Shown here piece after piece: positions 1-11,547 of a DNA stretch of 64,000 bases (position 1 is its first letter; every line of letters begins with the position of its first letter). The position numbers and the translations under genes are program-made. The notes beneath the pieces were generated by a model. The model ran no database searches and was not told the DNA's origin. It saw only the letters and a program-made list of their open reading frames with translations. Source of the stretch: Squalus acanthias (Eukaryota); the NCBI GenBank assembly GCA_030390025.1, contig CM059432.1, forward strand, positions 1,116,001 through 1,180,000. Direction: 5' to 3'.

Positions 1-210
1 ACTTTGTCAAACGCCTTCCGAATATCCATGTAGACAACATCCATTACATTCCCTTCAACAATCCTCCCTGTTACTTCATCAAAAAATTCAATTAGATTAG
101 TCAAACACGATCTGCCTTTTATAAATCCATGTTGGCTCTCCTTAGTTAGCTTAAACCTCTCCAAGTGCCCATTAATTTTTTCCTTGATTATTATTTCTAA
201 AACTTTAATC
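1..210 (-). mobile_element. CR1 LINE RT fragment
   Basis: Minus strand reads LTNLIEFFDEVT...DVVYMDIRKAFDKV, a CR1 RT motif. Confidence 0.8.
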
Positions 211-223
211 AAGGATAATCATG

Positions 224-350
224 GAAGTCAGGAGAGATTAAAAGACAAAAGGGATGATGATGCAAGGCAAAAGGAGATGGTAATGGGACAAGTTAAGAAA
301 CAAAAGATGACTCTAGATGAGGTGTAAATGGGAATGGCAGAATCATCAAT
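224..350 (-). mobile_element. Penelope-like family A fragment
   Basis: Matches the internal sequence of copies at 1660-1790 and 50440-50540. Confidence 0.65.
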
Positions 351-527
351 AGTGCCAAGGGATCTTTTACATCTCATCCAAAAGACAATACCTCCGACAA
401 TGCAGCACTCCCTCAACACTGCACTGGAGTGTCAGCCTAGCTTTATGTGTGCAAGTCCCTGGAGTGGGACTTGAACCCACAACCTTCTGATTCAGAGGCG
501 AGTGTGCTACCAACTGAGCCACAGCTG
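350..527 (-). mobile_element. Deu-SINE (SacSINE1-like) tRNA head
   Basis: Reverse complement of the tcagctgtggctcagttggtagca...gggttcaagtccc head of the full copies. Confidence 0.8.
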
Positions 528-554
528 ATATGGGAGAATCTGGGAAGGTTGGGA

Positions 555-918
555 ACATAGAATCATAGAATGGTTACAGCACGGAAGGCCATTCAGCCCA
601 TCAGGCCCGTGCTGACTCTCAGCTAGTCCCCCCCACTCCCCTGCCCTTTCCCCGTAGCCCTGCAATTTTATTTCCTTCAGATATTTATCCAACTCCCGTT
701 TGAAAGATAAGATTGAGTCTGCCTCCACCACCCTCTCAGGCAGTGAATTCCAGATCCTAACCACTCGCTGCGTAAAAAAGCTTTTCCTCATGTCGCCTTT
801 GGTTCTTTTGCCAATCACCTTAATTCTGTGTCCTCTGGTTCTCGACCCTTCTGCCAATGGGAACAGTTTCTCTCTATCTGCTCTGTCCAGACCCCTCATG
901 ATTTTGAACACCTCTATC
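555..918 (-). mobile_element. CR1 LINE 3' end
   Basis: FFTQRVVRIWNSLP motif and (ttctatga)n tail. Confidence 0.85.
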
Positions 919-1312
919 AACAACAGCAACAACAACTTGTATTTATATAGCGCCTTTAACGTAGTATAACGTCCCAAGGCGCTGCACAGGAGTATTTTAA
1001 GACAAAAAATTTGACAACGAGCCACACAAGGATAAATTAGGGCAGGTGACCAAAAGCTTGGTCAAAGAGGTAGGTTTTAAGGAGCGTCTTAAAGGAGAAG
1101 AAAGAGGTAGAGAGGTTAAGGGAGGGAATTCCAGAGCTTAGGGCCCAGGCAGCTAAAGACATGGCCACCAGCGGTGGAACGATTAAAATCGGGGATGCTC
1201 AAGAGGGCAGAATTGGAGGAGCGCAGAGATCTTGGAGGTGGATTGTGGGACTGGAGGAGGTTACAGAGATAGGGATGGGGGCGAGGCCATGGAGGGATGA
1301 GAATTTTGAAAT
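919..1312 (-). mobile_element. L2 LINE 3' end
   Basis: (caa)n tail with atttatatagcgcctttaacg; GPKLWNSLP motif. Confidence 0.8.
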
Positions 1313-1484
1313 CGGCAGATTGAGTCTGCCTCATTTCCAACATTACAACTGTGACTACACTCCACAAAAGTACTTCATTGGCTGTAAAGTGCTTTGAGAC
1401 GTCCGGTGGTTGTGAAAGGCGCCATATAAATGCAAGTCTTTCTTCCTTTCTTTTCTGCACTATCAAATCTGCTCTCAATCTTAA

Positions 1485-1923
1485 ATAACAACAGAAAGTG
1501 CTGGAAACACTCAGCAGGTCAGACAGCATCGAGGAGAGGAGAAACAGAGTCAACGTTTCGGGTCGAACCCTTCATCAGAACTGGAAAAGGTTAGGGAAGA
1601 GAGATTTTTAAGCAGGGGCAGGGAGGAGGGAAGGAAAGAACAAAGGGAAGGTCTGTGATAGGATGAGATTGACTGGCAAAAGGGATGATGGTGCGAGGCA
1701 AAAGGAGAGGTAATGGGACAAGTTGAGAAACAAAAGATGGCTCTAGATGATGTGTGGATGATGATGGCAGCAACATTAACAGCTACCATGTGAGAAAACA
1801 AGAGAGAAAAAAAAAGGAAGAAATACAGGGTCCAATTTGTAGTCTGAAATTGTTGAACTCAATGTTGAGTCCAGAAGGCTGTAAAGCGCCTAATAGAAAG
1901 ATGAGGTGCTGTTCCTCGAGCTG
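1485..1923 (-). mobile_element. Penelope-like family A 3' end (GIY-YIG C-terminus plus pLTR)
   Basis: LEEQHLIFLLGALQPSGLNIEFNNFR on the minus strand, followed by a terminal repeat with a hammerhead motif. Confidence 0.8.
1548..1582 (-). ncRNA. Minimal type I hammerhead ribozyme motif (PLE family A)
   Basis: Minus strand: AGUU-CUGAUGA-A-GGGU(UCG)ACCC-GAAACGU-U-GACU. Intact core, stems I and II, palindromic ACGU in place of stem III. Confidence 0.75.
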
Positions 1924-1924
1924 A

Positions 1925-2790
1925 CATAAGTAGTAAGAGCAGGAGTCAGCCATATGGCCCCTCGAGCCTGCTCCGCCATTCAATAAGATCATGGCTGATC
2001 ATCGACCTCAACTCCACTTTCCCGCCCGATCTCCATATCCCTCGATTCCCCTAGAGTCCAAAAATCTATCGATCTCAGCCTTGAATATACTCAACGACTG
2101 AGCCTCCACAGCCCTCTGGGGTAGAGAATTCCAAAGATTCACAACCCTCCGAGTGAAGACATTCCTCCTCATCGGGTGACTGTCTGTGTGGAGTTTGCAT
2201 ATTCTCCCCGTGTCTGCGTGGGTTTCCTCCGGGTGCTCCGGTTTCCTCCCACAGTCCAAAAATGTGCGGGTTAGGTTGATTTGGCTATGATAAATTGACC
2301 CTTAGTGTTAGGGGGGGATTAAATATGTGGGGTTACGGGGATAGGATGGGATATGTTAGGGGGAATTAAATATGTGGGGTTACGGGGATAGGATGGGATA
2401 TGTTAGGGGGAATTAAATACGTGGGTTTACGGGGATAGGGTGGGATATGTGTCGGTGCAGGCTCGATGGGGATTCTGTGTGGGAAAGCAGGAACAGGGTA
2501 CTGGATTTGGATGATCAGCCATGATCGTATTGAATGGTGGAGCAGGCTCGACGGGCCGAATGGCCTACTCCTGCTCCTAGTTTCTATGTTTCTATCTCAG
2601 TCCTAAATGGCCGACCCCTTATCCTGAGACTGTGACCCAAAGTTCTAGACACCCCAGCCAGGGGGAAACAATCTCTCAGCATCTACCCTGTCAATCCCCC
2701 CTCAGCATCTTGTATGTTTCAATGAGATCACCTCTCATTCTTCTAAACTCCAGAGAGTATCGGCCCAATCTGCTCAATCTCTTCTCAAAA
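1925..2790 (-). mobile_element. CR1 LINE 3' end split by an HE1-type SINE
   Basis: RVVNLWNSLPQRAVEA motif; host sequence resumes at ~2595. Confidence 0.85.
2172..2594 (+). mobile_element. HE1-type V-SINE, 5'-truncated
   Basis: V-domain (gtggagtttgcatattctccccgtgtctgcgtgggtttcctccgggtgctccggtttcc) plus CR1-like tail (tttctatg)n. Confidence 0.85.
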
Positions 2791-3257
2791 GACAGCCTTA
2801 GGTTGAGCTTCGTTGGAACAATGTCAGAGGCCGAAGACGGAGAGATCCTCTTAACCCTTTCTCTGCTCCGAGGAGAACAACCCCAGCGAACTGAAGTCTC
2901 TCATCCCTGGGAACCATTCTGATCCAATCTGTCCTGCACAGGAGGAGGAGGAGCTGGCGGCTGATTGGCTGGAACGGCGCGGAGGGGGCGGGTGAAGGGT
3001 CACCGTTGCCATGTCACCGCCTGCGCGTTGCGAGGTGCGCGCTGGACGACCAGGAGGAGGGGGAGCGCGGACGCGGAAGGGGCAATAGTGAGCGGCGGGG
3101 CCGGGCAGGCGAAGCGAGGCCCGGGGCTTTCCGTCTGTCTATCAGTGAGTGAGTGTAGGAGGAGGCCGAGCCTGATCGCCAGCCGGTCCGGCTTGACTGT
3201 AAAGTGTGCCGGCTCCTTGTGGCCCCCGGCCGGGGTCGGGTCGGGTAGGGGGGGTGA

Positions 3258-3416
<159 letters not shown>

Positions 3417-3462
3417 TGAGTGAGGCGGGCCGGTCACGCTGAGGCGGCTCGGCGAGCGAGCG

Positions 3463-3795
3463 CTCGGCTGCACTCGGGGACACCGCTCGGCTCTGCTTCG
3501 GGAACACTCGGGACCGCTCGGCTCAGCTTCGGGAACACTCGGGACCGCTCGGCTCAGCTTCGGGAACACTCGGGACCGCTCGGCTCAGCTTCGGGAACAC
3601 TCGGGACCGCTCGGCTCAGCTTCGGGAACACTCGGGACCGCTCGGCTCAGCTTCGGGAACACTCGGGACCGCTCGGCTCAGCTTCGGGAATACTCGGGAC
3701 CGCTCGGCTCAGCTTCGGGAATATTCGGGACCGCTCGGCTCAGCTTCGGCTGCACTCGGCTCCTCTTCGGGTCCCTTCGGCTGCACTCGGCTCAT
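3463..3795. repeat. 31-bp GC-rich minisatellite
   Basis: About 8 near-perfect units of cgggaacactcgggaccgctcggctcagctt with degenerate flanks. Confidence 0.95.
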
Positions 3796-4237
3796 GTCCG
3801 TCTGCTCCACCTCCCATTCATAATTTCTGCTGCTTTCGCCGCGCTGCCTTCTGCACCTTCACTCATCTTTTTTTATATAAAGACTGAACGTCCCCCCCCC
3901 AAACAAGTCACTTTACACCCCTCCTCCACCTTTTAATGATAGCACAGAAGGAGGCCATTCGGCCCATCGTGCCTGTGCCGGCTCTTTGAAAGAGCTCTCC
4001 AACTAGTCTCACTCCCCCTGCTCTTTCCCCATCGCCCTGCAATTTTTTTTCCATTTCAAGTATATAATATCAAACATTTTTTTTGCGCAGCAGTGGGGTA
4101 TCCCACTTACTTTGTACAACAAATAATGCTGCAAACAAGGTGAAATTCATTAGCTCTTTCATTGTTTCTCATCTTTTTACTCAAGACTTTCTAACCCCAT
4201 CTTAATCCCTTCCTAGTGTGCTAGATTTCAATTTGTC

Positions 4238-5225
4238 CATAGAATCATACAGCACAGGGGGAGGCCATTCGGCCCATCGTGCCTGTGACGGCTCTTTGGA
4301 AGAGCTCTCCAATTAGTCCCACTCCCCCTGCTCTTTCCCCACAGCCCTGCAAATTTCTCTTTTTCAAGTATTTATCCATTTCCCCTTTGAAAGTTACTAT
4401 TAAATCTGCTTCCACCGTCCTTTCAGGCAGCGCGTTCCAGATCACAACAACTCGCTGTGTAAAAAAAAAAAAATTCTCATCTCTCCTCTGGTTCTTTAGA
4501 AACATAGAAACTAGGAGCAGGAGTAGGCCATTCGGCCCGTTGAGCCTGCTCCACCATTCAATACGATCATGGCTGATCATCCAAATCCAGTACCCTGTCC
4601 CTGCCCCCTCACACAGAATCCCCATCGAGCCTGCACCGACACATATCCCACCCTATCCCCGTAACCCCACGTATTTAATTCCCCCTAACATATCCCATCC
4701 TATCCCTGTAACCCCACATAGTTAATCCCCCCCTAACACTAAGGGTCAATTTTTCATAGCCAAATCACCTAACCCGCACATTTTTGGACCGTGGGAGGAA
4801 ACCGGAGCACCCGGAGGAAACCCACGCAGACACGGGGAGAATGTGCAAACTCCACACAGACAGTCACCCGAGGCCAGATTCGAACCCGGGTCTCTGGCGC
4901 TGTGAGGCACCAGTGCTAACCACTATGCCACCGTGTTGCCAATTATCTTAAAATCTGTGTCCTCTGGTTACCGACCCTCCTGCCAGTGGAAACAGTTTCT
5001 CATTATTTACTCTCTCAAAATCTTTCATAATTCTGAACACCTCTATTAAATCTCCCCTTCACCTTCACTGCTCTAAGAACAACAATCCCAGCTTCCCCAC
5101 ATAACTGAAGTCACTCATTCCTGATACCATTCTCGTAAATCTCCTCTGCACCCGCTCCAAGGCCTTGGCATTCTTTCTAAAGTGCGGTGTCCAGAATTGG
5201 ACACAATACTCCAGCTGAAGCCCAA
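4238..5225 (-). mobile_element. CR1 LINE 3' end split by an HE1-type SINE
   Basis: FFTQRVVVIWNALPE motif; CR1 tail at 4238. Confidence 0.85.
4499..4940 (-). mobile_element. HE1-type V-SINE, full length
   Basis: tRNA head (ggtggcatagtggttagcact...gggttcgaatc), V-domain and CR1-like tail. Confidence 0.9.
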
Positions 5226-7541
5226 CCAATCCATTTTCCTTATTTATTGTGTTTTAAAGAAAGATGGTTTTGTTAAAAGTAGTCAATTCATTACAAAAAC
5301 TCCCAGTATTTTAAAATGTAAACTGATGGAAGGAAAGAAATTTGCAGGGCTACGGGGAAAGGGCAGGGGAGTGGGACAAGCTGAAGTGCTCTTGCAGAGA
5401 GCCGGCACGGTCTCGACTGGCCGAATGGCCGCCATCCGTGCTGTAACCATTCTATGATTCTAACTTGTCTGAACAGGCCATTTTAATTCATGGGTAGGAA
5501 AATTAGTTCCTATTAGTCTGTGGTGTTGTAATGGTAAATTTTATAGGCTGCCTACATAATGAAGGAAGAGCAAGTTACAGCTTGTATTGACAATTGGTTA
5601 AATATTTGAAGTCAAATTTTTGCATAAAGATGGTTGGAAAAAGATTGCCACTATTCTGCAAATAATGTACTTGGAGCTGTGAATATTAAGAGCTTCTTGC
5701 ATGCATGTGGAAGCAGAATTTTCTAGGATACATAATAAGTTGAGGATGATGCACCTTGTTATAGAAAGGATCATTTTAAACTATTCTTGGATTGAGATTT
5801 TAAGATGAAACTGGTTTTTAAAGATTCACTGACGTGTTTAGATGACACCCATGTGTTTAGATGACACCCATGCTTTTAAGTAAATACCGTCTGGCGTTAT
5901 AAAGTTTTTCATCCATCTAGTCGTGTTGGGGACGTGCCTCTGCTTCTTGCGGAATGTTTTAGTTCAGCGACTAATTGTGTGAAATGCCCTCTTCCAATCA
6001 TTCAGTATGTTGCACTGTTTCTGCGAGAGTTATTTGACAAGCCTTTGACTTTTAAGGTGAGCTGAATGTTGCAGAGTACAGCAAAAAAAAATAAGTTGTA
6101 CAGAGCGCACCTCTAAATGGAAGATTCTGACCATGTTCAGAAATGCTAAGTACCTAAAAATGAGTGAATTAGTTGTGACGATTGCATTTGGTGTTTGTAA
6201 TACCAGTAACTAAATGTGTATTTATCGACCGTGGCAGCCTTGAAGCTTCTTTTCTTCTCTTCCTGATTGAGCAGCCAGTATGCACTGCAGCAATATGGAA
6301 ATGCAGAAGTGTGGTAGTGGGTCGCATTGCATATAGAAGGCAGTTGCAATACAGTGGAGGGCTATAATATATTTTGCATGATGTAATCACCAGCCAGTCA
6401 CAAGATAGGAATAATGTCAGGTGCTTGGTAAAATCCCTCCATTGACATCAAGCACAGAGAACTAGTCAGATTGACGTCTCCGAGTTCTTTGTCAGTGACT
6501 TGTGTATTAATCATCCCCACATGTCATAATATATAATAATTGTGCTTGGCATGATTATAGGATTTATTACCTGTATGTATGTATGTTGCATATTTCCAGA
6601 TTTATTGTTATTTCTCTTGCTTATCGATGCCTTTATCTTAAGTCTGTGCAAGTGAAAGGTTTTTAAACTGAGGTCCTTGGACCCAAGGGATCTGGGAGAT
6701 GGACAGAAGTCTCATTATACATCACCAATTTGGTTATTTTCTGTACTTGCTAGCATGTTAATTCTGTTGCTGTACATTTTTTTAAAAATCTTAAATTAAA
6801 GCATTGCTTTCCTCTTGGGTAATTGATACTTCTCGAAATTGGGACAGCAGGTTGTGTCAATATTTGCAGGGGCTGCCCCCACACAGCAATACGTATGGCA
6901 ACCGTTGATCGAGCACCCTTCTCTCGGTATCCTTCACACCACAGCCCCTTTTGTCATCTCTGCATCTCCAGATAATATTGGCCAAAAATAAGTCCTATGT
7001 TCCTAAGTCCAAGCATCCCAAACTGTTCTGTCACCTGAAATCTTGGCGTTTATTGAACACCTGAAAGCTGTTTCTTGCCACAAACTCACCTCCTGACTGA
7101 TCATCAGCCTGAGGATGTTAGTGCTGAGAAATGGTACATTTTTCCTATTTCCTACACCCAATGCCCTCTTGTCAGTTTTGCTCACTTGTCCGTGCCCTCA
7201 TTGAGGGTTGTAGGTTCAAGCCCTGCCCCAGAGTTTGGATGAATAATTTAGGCTGATACACCAATGTTGGATTATTACATCGCGTGTACAGCACAGAAGC
7301 AGGCCATTCGGCCCAACTGGTCTATGCCGGTGTTTATGCTCCACACGAGCCTCCTCCCACCCTATTTCGTCTAACCCTATCAGCGTTTCTTTCTATTCCT
7401 TTCTCCCTCATGTACTTATCTAGCTTCCCCTGAAATGCATCTGTGCTATTCGTCTCAACTACTCCATGTGGTAGCAAGTTCCACATTCTCACCACTCTTT
7501 GGGTAAAGAATAGGGTTGTTAGAGATGCTTCCTTCAAAGGA

Positions 7542-7951
7542 ACAGAAACTGATAGCCAAGTTCCGCACTCATGAGGATGGCCTCAATCGCGATATCGGGT
7601 TCATGTCACGATACAGAACGTGACTTGACATCATGGCCGGTCTTTCCAGGTGTTTTTTTTTTTTTAAAAAGACTAACACAAGAACCAACACAAATTGACA
7701 GGATATGCAGCCAGCAGGTGTTTTGACACGTTGGACCCCCTGGGACACATCTCATTGTCTTGGCTGTGCTCTTAGTGTGTCTTTGATGTAGGGAAAGATT
7801 TGAATAGATTTTTTCTGTGCTTATATTGTGAAATCTGGGAGATTCTCTCACAGCTACTCTACCTGAGGAAGGAGCGAACAGCTCCGAAAGCTTGTAAAAT
7901 TAAATAAATCTGTTGGACTATAACCTGGTGTTGTGCGACTTCTCATTTTTG
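7542..7951 (+). mobile_element. Penelope-like family B 3' end
   Basis: 7540-7623 encodes EQKLIAKFRTHEDGLNRDIGFMSRYRT* (PLE GIY-YIG C-terminus). 12-bp TSD tccttcaaagga at 7530-7541 and 7952-7963. Inserted in an old Deu-SINE. Confidence 0.85.
7860..7896 (+). ncRNA. Minimal type I hammerhead ribozyme motif (PLE family B)
   Basis: UAC-CUGAGGA-A-GGAGC(GAACA)GCUCC-GAAAGCU-U-GUA. Confidence 0.75.
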
Positions 7952-7989
7952 TCCTTCAAAGGAGACATCAAACTAAGGCCTCCAACCAC

Positions 7990-8680
7990 AGGAACATAGG
8001 AACAGGAGGAGGCCATTCAGTTCCTCGTTCTGCCTGTTCTGTCATTCAGTTAGATCATGGCTGATCTGTATCTCAACTCCATTTACCCGCCTTGGTTCCA
8101 TATCCCTTAATTACCCTTACCGAGCAAAATATCTATCCATCTCAGTTTTGAAATTTTCAATTGATCCCCGGCCTCAACAGCTTTGTGGGGGAGAGAGTTC
8201 CAGATTTCCACTACCCTTTGTGTGAAGTGCTTCTTGACATCACCCTTGAACAGCCTGGCTCTAAATTTAAGTTTATGCACCCTTGTTCTGGACTCTCCCC
8301 CCCCCCCAATGGTTTCTCTCTCTCTCCCCTATCAAATCCTTTAAATCATGTTAAACACCTCAATTAGATCACCCCTTAATCTTCTGTACTCCAAGGAATA
8401 GAAGCCTAGTCTATGCAACCAGTCCTCATAATTGAAACCTTTTAGCCCCAGTATCATTCTGGTGAATCTGCGCTGCACCCTCTTCAAGACCAATATATCC
8501 TTCCTGAGGTGTGGTGCACAGAACTGAACGCAGTGCTCTAGATGCGGCCTATCCAGAGCTTTATACAACTGTAGCGTAACTTCCACCCCTTGTATTCTAG
8601 CCCCCCTTGAGATAAAAGCTAGCATCCCATTAGCAATTTTAATTATTTTTTGTACCTGTCACTAGCTTTTAATGATTTTT
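7990..8680 (-). mobile_element. CR1 LINE 3' fragment
   Basis: LYKALDRPHLEHCVQF...RRLRGDLIEVF. Confidence 0.85.
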
Positions 8681-8714
8681 GTATCAATATTGCAAAAAAA
8701 ACCCCACTAACTGG

Positions 8715-9050
8715 GCACTTCACAGGAGCGTTATCAAACAAAATTTGATACCGAGCCACATACGGAAATAATGGGGCAGATGAACAAAAGCTTGGTCAAA
8801 GAGTTAGGTTTTAAGGTGCGTCTTAAAGGAGGAGAGAGAGGTTTAGGGAGGGAATTCCAGAGCTTAGAGCCCGAGGCAGCTGAAGGCACGGCCGCCAATG
8901 GTGGCGCCATTAAAATCGGGGGACGTGCAAGAGGCCAGAATTAGAGGAGCGTAGAGATCTCAGCGGGTTGTAGGGCCGGAGGAGGTTACAGAGATAGGGA
9001 GGGGTGAGGCCTTGGAGGGATTTGAAAATGAGAATTTTAAAATTGAGGCA
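8715..9050 (-). mobile_element. L2 LINE 3' fragment
   Basis: Similar to 919-1312 and 32462-32900. Confidence 0.75.
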
Positions 9051-10020
9051 TTTCTCCCAGGTTGGGTATACTGTAGCCCAGCTTGCTGCAGAATAAAACC
9101 CTTGAACTTTGCCCCAATCTTTCAGCATCCTGTCCTGCTCCAGTGTTACACTTCCCCATTTCCCAGCATGATGTTAATTAGCGGCATTTTGATGCGGTTC
9201 TTGCACCACGAAGAACCAGATTAAGAGGCCAATCTCATTGCAGGAAGGACTCGTGGATTGATTTTGATCTCTAGTCCCCTTTAATTTTTGTTTGTAATAT
9301 CCACCATTTTACATTGGAAAAACTGGCCCAAAACTAAGATGTGTTTTATTGTGAAGACACTTATAGATGCAAAATCACAGTTGAAGACAATCTACAGCAC
9401 AGGTTTTTAAAAAGTTTGAAAACCAAACTGGAACTAGACTCTGCCAGCTACTAAGTAGGGTCCTGTCAAAGTAACTGGTGGGAAGAAGAGCTATTAAGCA
9501 AAAGTTGGTGTGTTCTACTTTAATGTGGCACTTGAAGCCTCTTCAGAGCAGTTGAGAGCTACTGTGTAGGTAGATTGTGATGCTGCATGGTGAAACTGAG
9601 TCATCAGGCGATAAACTGGAATCAGTGAGTTATGTTGGTCTGCAAGCATGTACAATTCCACAAAAATAATCATGCATCATTTTCATGTTGGCTAAAGTTA
9701 TGATCAGAAGGGGTCCTCTGGACTAGTACGAATAACTGGCAAGTCCTTGCTCGCCAACAAACCAGTGGCGTTCTGGAAAAATATTATGCAGAGTTAGTCA
9801 GCTGTGGCTCAGTGGGTAGCACTCTCGCCACTGAGTCAGAAGGTTGTGGGTTCAAGTCTCACTCCAGAGACTTGAGCACAAAAAGCTAGGTTGACACTCC
9901 AGTGCAGTGCTGAGGGAGTGCTGTATTGTCGGAGGTGCCGTCTTTCGGATGAGATGTTAAACCGAGGCCCCGTCTGCTCTCTTGGGTGGATGTAAAAGAT
10001 CCCATGGCACTATTTTGAAG

Positions 10021-10229
10021 AAATCGCACAACACCAGGTTTTCGTCCAACAGCTTTATTTGAAATCACAAGCTTTCGGAGCGCTGCTCCTTCGCAGGTCA
10101 CTTCACCTGACGAAGGAGCAGCGCTCCGAAAGCTTGTGATTTCAAATAAAGCTGTTGGAGTATAACCTGGTGTTGTGCAATTTCTCACATTTGTCCACCC
10201 CAGTCCAACACCGGCATCTCCACATCATG
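10021..10229 (+). mobile_element. Penelope-like family B fold-back insertion
   Basis: Inverted arms ~10020-10098 and 10105-10184, ~45-nt tail, imperfect 12-bp TSD actattttgaag/actatttcaaag. Confidence 0.85.
10103..10139 (+). ncRNA. Minimal type I hammerhead ribozyme motif (PLE family B)
   Basis: UCAC-CUGACGA-A-GGAGC(AGC)GCUCC-GAAAGCU-U-GUGA. Confidence 0.8.
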
Positions 10230-10907
10230 ACTATTTCAAAGAGCAGGGGAGTTCTCCCCGGTGTCCTGGCCAATATTTATCCGTCAATCAACATCATTAA
10301 AACAGATTATCTGGTCATTATCACATTGCTGTTTGTGGGAGCTTGCTGTGCACAAATTGGCTACCGCATTTCCTACATTACAACACTTCAAAAAGTACTT
10401 CATTGGCTGCAAAGCGCTTTGGGATGTCCGGTGGCCATGAAAGGCGCTATAGAAATGCAAGTCTTTCTTTAGTGCCGACCCATTGTTGTATCGTGAGTTT
10501 GCTGTTTACCATGCAGCATATGAGTTTCTGCATCTGTCGCGCAAGGGTTTGAACTTGCACTTTTCGTATTTACGAATTGGTCAGTAGGTTAGTGTACTCT
10601 TTGCCAAGATTGGAGCCAAACTAACCCGATGAAAGGTTGGAATGAAGTCAGTTGCTTTGTGACAGACTTCTAATTTGACACTTAATAAATTTGTAGTGTT
10701 CCAGGGCACTGATTGACCAGCCACCCTGGAATATTAATGGGTTCTACAGGTGGAGGAGCTGAGAATTCATCCCACTCTCTTCCAGGTAACCCTGCAAGCC
10801 AATTCGGTTGTATTTTAGCCAGTTAATTTGCAACCTACTCAGAGGGTCTCTCAGCCTTGCTTCTAGCCTGACTACAGTCGAGCGCTTTGACTTTGTGTCT
10901 CTCTCTA

Positions 10908-11260
10908 CAGGAACATATGAATTAGGAGCAGGAGTAGGCCATACGGGCCCTCGAGCCTGCTCCGCCATTCAGTAAGATAATGGCTGATCTTCGACCTCAA
11001 CTCCACTTTCCCGCCCGATCCCCATATCCCTTGATTCCCCTAGAGTTCAATAATCTCAGCCTTGAATATACTCAACGATTCAGCATCCACAGCCCTTTGG
11101 GGCAGAGAATTCCAAAGATTCACAACCCTCTGAGTGAAGAAATTCCTCCTCATCTCAGTCCTAAATGTCTGACCCTTTATCCTGCGACTATACCCACTAG
11201 TCCTAGACTCTTCAGCCAGGGGAAACAATTTCTCAGCATCTACCCTGTCAATCCCCCTCA
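10908..11260 (-). mobile_element. CR1 LINE 3' end
   Basis: TEMRRNFFTQRVVNLWNSLP motif. Confidence 0.85.
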
Positions 11261-11547
11261 GGAAGAGTGTGTTAATTCCGTATTGGGCAATCAGAAGCTC
11301 TACTTGTGTGAATTGCTCGGTTTGGGGATTCTTAGTATGGTGGTGGGTTTCTACGTATGTATTGATTTAAAAAAATGTGTCAAGTTATCAGTTTTCTTTT
11401 ATCTTATGGCAGAATTGCAATGTGCAGGGACTAAAAGTTGTTCAGGTAAGAGTCATTCTGAAACTTCTCTGCTGTGAACAGTTTCAATATGACACTACAG
11501 AGAGTCATTACTAATTGACACTCGGCAGTACCTGGGCCAATTCGGTT

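Larger units (their letters stand above)
9796..10470 (+). mobile_element. Deu-SINE (SacSINE1-like) split by a PLE fold-back insertion
   Basis: tRNA head, Deu domain (aaaccgaggccccgtctgctctc...gtaaaagatcccatggcactattt) and L2-like tail. Confidence 0.88.

Noticed and set aside
3011..3088. Possible 25-codon uORF
   Set aside because: The TSS is unknown and the ATG may lie upstream of it; no further support.
3141..3156. Donor-like gtgagt motifs in the 5' region
   Set aside because: Could mark an alternative non-coding exon, but cannot be supported without transcript data.
3420..3887. 155-aa repetitive ORF, or a CRISPR-like array
   Set aside because: Translation of the 31-bp minisatellite. Units are contiguous with no unique spacers, and the sequence is a eukaryotic intron.
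5834..5872. 19-bp tandem duplication gtgtttagatgacacccat
   Set aside because: Ordinary slippage duplication with no sign of function.
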